Part shown: piece after piece, positions 50,122 to 58,520 of the stretch
Layout of the letters: each line of letters starts with the position of its first letter
Numbering within the stretch: position 1 is the first letter of the stretch
Assembly: GCA_001275005.1 (NCBI GenBank)
Contig: JWZX01003100.1
Location: 1 to 58,520, forward strand
Source of the DNA: Chrysochromulina tobinii
Lineage: Eukaryota
Reading direction: 5' to 3'
DNA: 58,520 bases
The notes under the pieces: generated by a model
What the model was told of the DNA's origin: nothing
What the model saw: only the letters and a program-made list of their open reading frames with translations
Database searches by the model: none
Position numbers and translations under genes: made by a program

Positions 50122-52434
50122 TCAATCCAGCGCCTGAACGCCGGAGGTCGAGCGCCATGACGAGAGCTCGTCGGGGAGCTCCTTCCACTTGACCGGCTCG
50201 TTGCCAAGCAGGTGATGCCACTGTGAGACGCCACCCGCCTCGTATTTGATCCTGTGCGCTGGCTTACCCTTGTCCCAGCGCACATCGACCACGTGCCCTG
50301 AAAACCACTGCTTGGAACCCGTCCACCATACGCTGATGCGCTTTTGCAGCAGCGTATCCTTCTCACGCAGCTCGTCGTCGGAGCTGTCGGAGGGTGGAAC
50401 CCAGTCTGACGCCGAGGCGAGCTCTGGCTTGCGAGGCGAGAAGGGCTTGGATAGCTTGCGTTTCTTGGCGTTGAGTGGGATATCACCATTATCGGAGCTC
50501 TCCCCGTCGACTGCATGCTCCTCGGCGCCATGGTGTACGTGCGCCATAGTGAGCGTGTCGGCTGCGTGCTCCACGGCGCTGCTACTGCTCCTGCCCACTG
50601 CTGCCGCCTGCACCTCCCTATCCATTACCGCACCCTCGGACGTCGGCGAAGCGCCGTCGCCCAACACGACGCCACCGCCCAACGCGACGCCACCGCCCAA
50701 CACGACGCCGCCGCCAAACGACGAGCCGCCGCCGCCGCCGCTACCACCCGCCGCATTATGCAGACGAATGGCCTCGGCGATGGAGCGCGCCTTCTCCCCA
50801 TTCGGCCCATGGAAGGTGGGATAGGTCCTCGAGTTAGCATGATGTACCTTCTCCCGCCATCCATGGGGAAGCACCTTGCTGACCGTACGCGGCCGCTTTG
50901 GTAGCTTCGGCGCAGGCGCCGCCGTGGGCTGGTTCTCGCGGCGCACCGTGCCCTTCTCAAGCAGTTCTTCGTCGGAGCTGTCGGCGGGGTCCACCTGCTC
51001 AGTGGCCACCACCTCCGCGTCCACCCCGTCCTTTTCCTCATCCTCGGCCTCGCCGTCGTCGTCCTCGCCATCGCTCGACTCCGACGACTCCGACGACGAA
51101 CCACTGCCGCAACCGCCGCCGCCGCCGCCGCCGCTACCACCCGCCGCATTATGCAGACGAATGGCCTCGGCGATGGAGCGCGCCTTCTCCCCATTCGGCC
51201 CATGGAAGGTGGGATAGGTCCTCGAGTTAGCATGATGTAGCTGCTCCCGCCATCCATGGGGAAGCACCTTGCTGACCGTACGCGGCCGCTTTGGTGGTCT
51301 TGAGTGGGTCTCTGTCAGCTGAGAATCGTGAGCGCCATCGTGGGCACCCTCCGCTTCCACTTCCACACGCTCCGCTGCACGCGTCGCCTTGGCCGCCGCC
51401 CTCGATTCCTTGTTCGCCTCGCGTACCTTGCGCGCTGCAGCCCTATCTGCAGCCGCCTTCTCCTGCGCTGCCATCTCAGCCGCAGCCCTTTCGGCAGCGC
51501 GAGCGGCGGCTGCCTTCTCCTTATCAGCTTTGAGGCGTGCCCGGGACGACGCCTCGTCGCGTTCTGCCTCGAGCCGCGCCTCCTTCTCAGCCTCCAGCTC
51601 TGCATGCCGCTGCGCCCTCTCGGCCGTTGCCTTGGCGGCCGCGGCCGCTGCGCGCTCCTCGCGTGCCCGCTGCTCGGCCGCCGCCCTCTCGGCAGCAGCC
51701 CTCCGCAACTTATCCTCCTCCGCGAGTCGGTTGGCGCTGATCTCCCAAGGCATGAGCTCCTCCTCGTCCTCTGCGTGCCTCGAGAGCTCCTCCTTGGCTT
51801 TGGCCAGAAACTCGCGCGTCTTGTGCCGCTGCTCTTCCTCCTGCACCCTGGCCAACTCTTCCACCATGGCCTGATCCGCACGCATCCGAAGCCGCTCGCG
51901 CTGGCGCATGTCCTCGTGCTGCTTGCGCGCCGCCGCGTCGGCCTCGTCGGCCGCATCCGCGCGTGCCTCGTGGACAAACGTGGCGCGGTTGGTCGTTGAC
52001 CTGCCGTCCCTGGAATCCTTGCCCGTGCCCTTAGATCCCTTGCCTGGTTTCTTGGACCTGGATGGTGATGCGAACGGCAACGGTGGTGGCTCGGTGGATG
52101 CAGAAGCACGTGGCAGTGGCAGCAGCGCGGGAGCGGGTAACAGGAGAGGCGCCTGTAATGGCAACAGAGGCAGAGTCGCTATCGTGGGTAAAAGAGGCAG
52201 AGGCCCCGTAGGTATTGTGTGTGGGGGCATCGGCGGCGGCGGTTGCGGCGGCATCATTTGCGGCGGTGGCGGCGTGGACGCCAGGTCTGGTATGACGGCG
52301 CGGCGCCAGCTTGGTTGGGCTCCAACGCCAGAGACTTTTGATGAGCTGTTCGCTGTGGTCGTGGGCGTCGGTGCCGCCGTGTGGGTCCGACCGAGCAGAG
52401 AGTGGAAGGAGTAGCCTTGTGTCCTCGCGCGCAT
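50122..52434 (-). CDS. Putative chromatin reader: coiled-coil region, two near-identical MBD-like repeats, C-terminal Tudor-like domain
   Basis: 2x LPHGWRE...TYPTFHGPNGEKARSIAEA (MBD pattern LPxGW...Y/F..P.G...RS). LLQKRISVWWTGSKQWFSGHV...HRIKYE (Tudor-like). First ATG 52434. Confidence 0.65.
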   Translation of the reverse strand: MRARTQGYSFHSLLGRTHTAAPTPTTTANSSSKVSGVGAQPSWRRAVIPDLASTPPPPQMMPPQPPPPMPPHTIPTGPLPLLPTIATLPLLPLQAPLLLPAPALLPLPRASASTEPPPLPFASPSRSKKPGKGSKGTGKDSRDGRSTTNRATFVHEARADAADEADAAARKQHEDMRQRERLRMRADQAMVEELARVQEEEQRHKTREFLAKAKEELSRHAEDEEELMPWEISANRLAEEDKLRRAAAERAAAEQRAREERAAAAAAKATAERAQRHAELEAEKEARLEAERDEASSRARLKADKEKAAAARAAERAAAEMAAQEKAAADRAAARKVREANKESRAAAKATRAAERVEVEAEGAHDGAHDSQLTETHSRPPKRPRTVSKVLPHGWREQLHHANSRTYPTFHGPNGEKARSIAEAIRLHNAAGGSGGGGGGGCGSGSSSESSESSDGEDDDGEAEDEEKDGVDAEVVATEQVDPADSSDEELLEKGTVRRENQPTAAPAPKLPKRPRTVSKVLPHGWREKVHHANSRTYPTFHGPNGEKARSIAEAIRLHNAAGGSGGGGGSSFGGGVVLGGGVALGGGVVLGDGASPTSEGAVMDREVQAAAVGRSSSSAVEHAADTLTMAHVHHGAEEHAVDGESSDNGDIPLNAKKRKLSKPFSPRKPELASASDWVPPSDSSDDELREKDTLLQKRISVWWTGSKQWFSGHVVDVRWDKGKPAHRIKYEAGGVSQWHHLLGNEPVKWKELPDELSSWRSTSGVQALD

Positions 52435-52798
52435 CCTTCCTCCCTCCTGGTATCCTGCGCCGCCCTCCGTCGCTGCTGCTGCTGGGTTCACACCCGTCGT
52501 TCACAGTCAGTCAGTAAATTTGTCCCCTGCCGCGAGGGGGGGGGGGAAGGAAGTGCACGCGCTCACACGTGCGGTGCCTTGGGCCGGTGTGTGGCCTTCG
52601 GTCGGCCGAAGATGAGCGTCTGGGGACACGCTGGTGCCGATAGCCCCTCTTACAAAGTTGCATGCATCCCACGATTCGCACACCCTTATTTGGAACCTAT
52701 TTGAGTTATGTGTGTTTTAGACGCGAGGACTGCGCACCAGCTCTAGATTGTACAAAGGGGCCCTGCAAAGGGGTGCTTATAGACTGAGCCCAACGCGA

Positions 52799-52903
52799 CG
52801 TCTCAAAGGACGGCTCCACGATAATCGTCTCAACGGACAGCTCCGCACCCCTCCGCTCGGTCAGCACATAGCACACGCCTCACAAGTACTGAGTACTCGC
52901 TCT
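52799..52903 (+). repeat. Short direct repeat copy 2
   Basis: Same blocks as 48975-49037 with extra internal insertions. Confidence 0.75.
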
Positions 52904-53211
52904 TCAAATGGCTCATCTCGACGTCTCTTACTCGAAAAATTATTTTATATTTTATTAAGAGCAAAGAGGTGTGCTACAGTGTACAGTGCGTGCGAGCTGC
53001 GGTGAGGCATATGGTCTCTCCCAGTCCCACGCCGCCTGCACCAGAGTGTTTAGATGGCATCCCGAAAAAGTTGAAGCAGCCTGTACACACGACATGTACC
53101 GGTACGAATCGAGACGTGCCTCTTGCGCGCAACACCTGGCGTCTGGGCACTGGGGTCGACACATTTCTTTGAGTGCGACCAGCTCCTCAGGCATCGATTC
53201 TCCAACGAAGG

Positions 53212-53774
53212 CTACCTGTGCGCGATCGACTTGCTCCTGCGCACCTCCTGTTTTCGACTCTTGTGCACCTCGGTCTCATTTTTCTTCCTGATGACCTTGA
53301 GCTCGCCCGTGTGGTCGCCCACACCCACCAGCCGCATGTTCCAATTCATCTCTGTGAAAACGCAGAGAAGTGGGGGGTGGGTTGCAGCACTGATCACTTA
53401 AACGTTGCGGACGAGTGGGCGTGCAACAGGCGGCACAGACTCCGGCCCCGAGAGAGCTCGTCCTCACGACAGGAGCCCGCTGTGCGTACCGAGGGCAAGC
53501 TGGATGTCCTTTGCCTCGAGGGTCGTGCCCCCGCGGTGCACTGCGAGCTCGCACGCAAAGGCTGCGACGTTCTCGACAAAGTCGTCGGCAATGTCCTGCA
53601 TTACCTGATATTTGCGAGTCGCGACGCGTGAGCCTTGCGCATTTGATGCCATGGAAGAATTGCGTGGGAAGCTGCGCTCACTCGCTCAGCCTCGCGGTCT
53701 AGTTCCACCCGTTGGTCCACCTGCTTCGCCAGTTCCTGCAGGATTTGCGAGGGCAGATAGTCCGAACGCTCCAT
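53212..53774 (-). CDS. TAF12: TFIID/SAGA subunit TAF12 (histone fold), 115 aa; exons 53774-53682, 53604-53490, 53351-53212
   Basis: Spliced product MERSDYLPSQILQELAKQVDQRVELDREAER|VMQDIADDFVENVAAFACELAVHRGGTTLEAKDIQLALE|MNWNMRLVG. Both introns (77 and 138 nt) are GT-AG and frame-consistent. Confidence 0.92.
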
Positions 53775-54668
53775 TGGTTCGAAGGCTCTGATATGCCTCT
53801 GAGGCTGCCGCCGAGCAGGCGAAGCACTTTTCCGGAGGACGCGATATCTGTGAATTGGCTATAAATCTGTGAACTGGCTGTAAAGTCCACGCACAAAGGT
53901 GTCGAGTAGGGGCGTGGGCCTCCAGGTGTAGGTTTGGGGTTGAATCGTAGAGCCGACTGTCAAGCGGTTTAAAGCGGTAACTAAGCGGTAACCTTACTAC
54001 ATTACTACTTTACTAGTAGGCACCCGCAGGTGTACCGCTGACTCCGTGAGGTGTACCCTCGACGCCGCGCTGGCCGATGAACCCATCGAATGAACCCATA
54101 TTGCCATTCACCACACTGTCACTCACAGGGCCTGGCCGTCACCCGTCACGCGTCAGGCCGTCGCTAGCCTCTCCATCGGCATCGTTGATTCAGAAAGTTG
54201 ATTCTCACTATCTCAGCGGACAAAGCGCCCTCCGAGCCTCGACACGCGCCCGGGGCGCGCCTCGGCGATCCGCGATCCCGATCGTGCATCCGGTCCGGGA
54301 AGCGGCCGTTCCCCGTTCGGATTAATATACATTGAACGTTCGGTATTTCCTTTTCCGGTTGCTTCGCGGACCGTCGGCCGGGCTCCGGGCCAGCTCGTCC
54401 CGTTGTCCCCGCGCCGCCCGGCCCTGGGCCGGTTGAACGAGTCAAAACAACCCCGAGCACACGCACAGACCAAGAGAACAAATCGCTAATTTAAGACCAA
54501 ATGAAAATACACAGCAGTCCAGGTGTCTCACTTTCACCGATTGAGCATCGTATCGCCCATCGATCGCTGGTCGATCCCTGTGACCGATTTCGTATTACGT
54601 GTTCATGTGGGGAATCACGTCATGCATCTCCTGCCATCCGCTGGAACAGGCACAGCAATCGTGGCGGC

Positions 54669-57600
54669 TCAGCAGCTCACCTGCACCGAGGGTAGATACG
54701 GCCGCGCCCCTACTGAACGAGAAGAGCCGTCACCTAGATTCGAACCGAATGCCGTCGCGATACTTACGTTGTTTGCAACCGCCTTCCAGTTGGCGTCCTT
54801 TCGTCCCAGGATCTTATTGGCGCGTCCAACAGCGTCATCTTTTTTCGCCGCCTTGCCCACTTCACCGGGTACCCCGCCAAAGCTCACCGTGGGTTTGGGG
54901 TTGCTCGAAGGCGGTGTCGCTCGATCGAGCGATGCGAAATTTATGTGCCTTGCAACTCCGGTGACGTGCTTGACGAGCTCCTCGCCTTCGTTCTGTACAC
55001 TCGACGGGTCTCTGAAGACGTGGTCCGCGAAGCTTTTGGTTTCGTCGAGGTACCGATCTAGGTGCGCGGATACTTGGCTACGCGAGAGCACGCTCTTGCG
55101 AGTCACCGACGTTGCTACCGTCTTTAGAAGATCCGTATCGGCGGACCCGCTTTCGGGATCGGGCTGCTTGCCTGGGGAAGAAGCAGAAGTTGCGAACATC
55201 TTCGATGCGCGTATCCAGAAGGGTTGTTTGCGAGCGGGCATAGCATAGGCACTGGCCCCGTCGCGCAGGCCCATGACCTGCCGGCCGCGCCGCAGCGCCA
55301 AGCGCTTTCGAATGTAGCGCATTATCTCGCGCGCCACGAAGTGGAGCACGATCGAAATCGGAATCGAGCCCGCCGCCGAAAAGATGGAAAAGTACTGAGT
55401 GATGGGCGGGATGATGGTGAAGAGCGTAATGACTGTGACGGTGCACGCAAAGGCAACGACGGAGCCGATGAAGAGGACCGTATACTGCTTCCAGCACGGC
55501 ATCTTCTCATGATCTCCCGCCCCGTCGCGGCGTAGCCGCCTCATGAGTATGCGCCAGATGATTTTGCGTGCATCGGCACCGGTCATCGGTTCCGGGCGGG
55601 GGGTGCGCGGCGTTTCCCCACCCTCTTCATCGTCACTCGCGAGGCTCTTGCGGCTCCCAGGCTGCGCCCCAGGTTGACTCCACCCGCTTCGAAACGCGCC
55701 CTTGGGTCCCAACTGAACTGTCATGGCGCGCTTGAGTGGTCGCATGTTCATCGCATCGTCGGGCGGAGAGGCAGGCGGAGACAACGGAAACTCATCCGAT
55801 TCCTCAAGGGTGGACATCCGCTCCTCGAACCTCACCATGTCGGGCAGCTCGGTGGGACCAAAGGTTTCGCCGCCCCCTATGCTCAGCCGCCCATGCGAGC
55901 TCACCCGATCCAGGTGCGGCGACGCGTGCGTCATCGAGACCTGCCGCTTGACGACCGCCGCGCTCGGCGGCGGTACTATCTTCCCCTTGCCTCGGCGCAC
56001 CTTCACCTCCTCGAAAGCGTCCGGAGGCTTCGTGCGCGAGATCAGCGTGACGGGTGTGAAGATCTCGTCGTCGTACATGTAGTCGGCGCTCGCATCGCGC
56101 ACCTCGTCGGCCCGCTTGCCGATCTCGCTCATGAGCGCGCCCAGCTGCGCCTCGGTGTCGTGGCTCGCGTTGTATGGCATCGCGACGAGGGCAAAAGCGT
56201 CCTTCACACTATGCAGGGCCATCTGGAGCAGCGCGCCCTCTTCTTGCGTCATCTCAGTCTTGCTCTTCTCGATGCGCAAGCGCAGCGCCTCGGTGATGAG
56301 CTCGCGCGTGCGCACGGCGTTCTGACCATCGTCTGGCAGGTCCACTTCGATGCCTCGGAAGTGGTGGCCGAGCTGCTGCAGCGTGGTGAGCATGCGCACA
56401 GAGTGCGCCGCATCAAGCTGGAGCTCGGCGTGCTTCTGCTGGTACTGCACGAGCGCCTCGACCACGCGCAGTTTGATGTTATCGGAGACCTTGACCGCCT
56501 CGAGCTTAAACGACGGGTCGAGCTGGCCGAGGATCCAGTCCATCGCCTCGGCCTCGTCCGGGTGCGCCGCATGCCGCAGCCGCCACTGCAGCAGTGCGTC
56601 GCGCAGCGTAGCACGGGGCAGCCCGTCGGGCACCTCGACCGGTGCAAGGAGCACCTCCGACCGCACGGGCGATGGCTTGTTCGCTTGCTTGCCTGTGATG
56701 AGCTCCGACAGCTTATGATTGAGGTACGAGGCGAGCATTGACGCGTCCTCTTTAACCTTATCGAAGACCTTATCGACAGGTCGATGATGCCCATCCTCCT
56801 CTCCATGTCCAGGTGCATCTTCTCCCAGTCATGCTGCGCCAGCCCACCGAGCGTCCGGCTGGAGCCGGGCTCGTACACCTGGCAGTACATGCGCTCAACA
56901 AAATCTTCGCCGACGTCCTCATCGATCTCCCAGGCCAAGCTGCCTCCAAGCCGGTTGATGTCGCCAACGGAAAGCGCATTGCGCAGGCTGAGGCTCTCCC
57001 CTCTGATCCACGCGTTGAGAATAGCGATGAAACACGCACCGACGACGCCGATAAAGCCCGCATACAAGTACACGAACCCGAGGGCCTCGCTGCTCGAGGG
57101 CGCCGGGCTCGCCATGTGCAGAGCAACCGACAGGATGATCTGGAAGAAGCTTGAGAGCACGATCACCTGTATCGTCTCGCCTGTCGGCACGATGTGCTTC
57201 TTCCAGCTCGCATGCGTGCGCTTGCGGCAAGCCGCCCCGCGCGCCGTAATGGACCAGAAGACTGCAACGCCCCACGCGGCCACAAGTGCGAAGATGATGT
57301 TGACCGAGCCGATTGTCTTGTACGCGTTCATCTCGTCCTGCAGTTGCTGGTTGGAGAAGTGGTCCGTGAGCTCGCTCATCTGGATGATGTACGGCTGCAA
57401 GACCGTGAATTCGACGCCGAGAGCCTCCTGCACCAGAACCTCGTTGACGAGCTGGGTCATCATGTGGCGCACAGTGGGCCCGCCGCGCCTGAACTTGATC
57501 TGGAAACTCACGGCGGTTGCACCTTCAATGTGCTCGAGCCGCCGCCCACCTCCGGGCGGTAGTTCGGGAGGCGGTGGCAGCGGGGGCGGCGCTCGGGGCG

Positions 57601-58520
57601 GTGGCGGAGACGGCGGAGGCGCTCGGGGCGGTGGCGGAAATGGCGGCGGCGTTCGGGGCGGTGGCGGAGACGGCGGCGGAGGCGACGACGGCGGTGGCGA
57701 CCGTGGTGGAGGTGGAGAGGGTGGCGGTGGCCGCAAAGGGGGAGGCGGCGGCGGCGGCGCTCGGGGCGGGGGCGGCACATGTGGCGGCGGCGGAGACGGC
57801 GGCGGCGGCGCTCGGGGCGGTGGCGGTGGCGAGAAGGCGGGCGAGAAGGCGCGAATCTCCGCCAGGTTGAGCGTGCGCGATTGGCCAGGAAGTACCAGCG
57901 TCAGGAAGTTGCCGCGCAGCGGTGTGCCGAGACTCCCGCCAGCAGTGACGCAGTCGAAGGCATAAGGCCCTGCGTGCGTCGGCTCAGAGCCGATAGTCAG
58001 GTTCTGCACCCCGCATGCTCTAGAGGTGGGCGAACCATAGTCGCCAGGCGAACTACCTACCCACAGCTGAAATGGGTCCAGCCGATCCTGGCAGCAGTCG
58101 AACCGATTGAAGATCACGATTTGCTTCACTGCTGCATCGGCGGGCAGCTCGATGGAGACCCACGGATAGTCTTGCGTGCGCGAGTGGCAAAAGCCCGACG
58201 TCTCTGCGTTGTCGATGCACTTGGCAGCAACGTGATCGCTCTCCGTAGTGCTCAAAGTCGCGCCCAAGCGCGGGAGCTCGAACAGTGTGCTCAGAGGTGG
58301 CAGCGGCGATGGGGGTGGAGGCGATGGCGGCGGCGATGGCGGCGGCGAGGGTGGTGGCGGCGAGGGCGGCGGTGGCGATGGCGGCGGCGGCGAGGGCCGC
58401 GGGGGCGAGGGTGGCGGCGGCGAGGGTGGCGGCGGCGAGGGCGGCGGCGGTAAGGGCGGTGGCGATGAGGGCGGTGGCGGCGAGGGAGGTGGTGGCGACG
58501 GTGGTGGCGGCAAGGGTGGC
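54669..58520 (-). CDS. 5'-partial membrane protein: SPPPP stalks, F-type (fucose-binding) lectin domain, about 5 TM segments, large cytoplasmic region; apparent -1 frameshift near 56768
   Basis: H-X26-R-X-D-X4-R motif (FCH...NRFDCCQDR) between Pro-rich tracts, followed by hydrophobic helices. Adding one base joins GIIDL to VDKVFDKVKEDASMLASY of ORF 54669-56738. Confidence 0.75.

Noticed and set aside
21349..53774. Chromatin/transcription gene cluster (INTS11, SNF2, MBD-Tudor, TAF12)
   Set aside because: Scattered and functionally loose; expected by chance in a gene-dense genome.
1..58520. Numerous long antisense and alternate-frame ORFs in the track
   Set aside because: Expected shadows of high-GC coding sequence; none shows an independent domain signature.

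Overview
Gene-dense, GC-rich eukaryotic nuclear DNA with few, short GT-AG introns. Composition, gene content and intron micro-repeats suggest a haptophyte alga, Chrysochromulina-like (inference). About 20 protein genes are supported. Recognisable ones are a 2OG-Fe(II) oxygenase, GH27 alpha-galactosidase, type-B carboxylesterase, malonyl-CoA decarboxylase, INTS11/CPSF73-II, an ER DnaJ-ShKT protein, an FHA-Fun30/SMARCAD1-type SNF2 ATPase, cycloartenol synthase, a NIT-like domain TKL kinase, EF-hand proteins, a CRAL-TRIO protein, a 2xMBD-like/Tudor protein, a three-exon TAF12 split across ORF-track entries, and an F-type lectin membrane protein running off the window. The two strongest leads are: (1) four introns in three unrelated genes whose junctions carry duplicated exon sequence plus shared branch-point-like filler motifs, suggesting an ongoing duplication-based intron gain/extension process; and (2) a Ser/Thr kinase fused to a nitrate/nitrite-sensing (NIT)-like domain with Arg-to-His changes at putative ligand positions. 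Also present are a ~60 bp element just upstream of unrelated genes, several dispersed intergenic repeats and motif arrays, and at least seven apparent single-base frameshifts, most likely assembly errors. No rRNA, tRNA or CRISPR was seen. All domain calls are by-eye motif recognition, not database searches.
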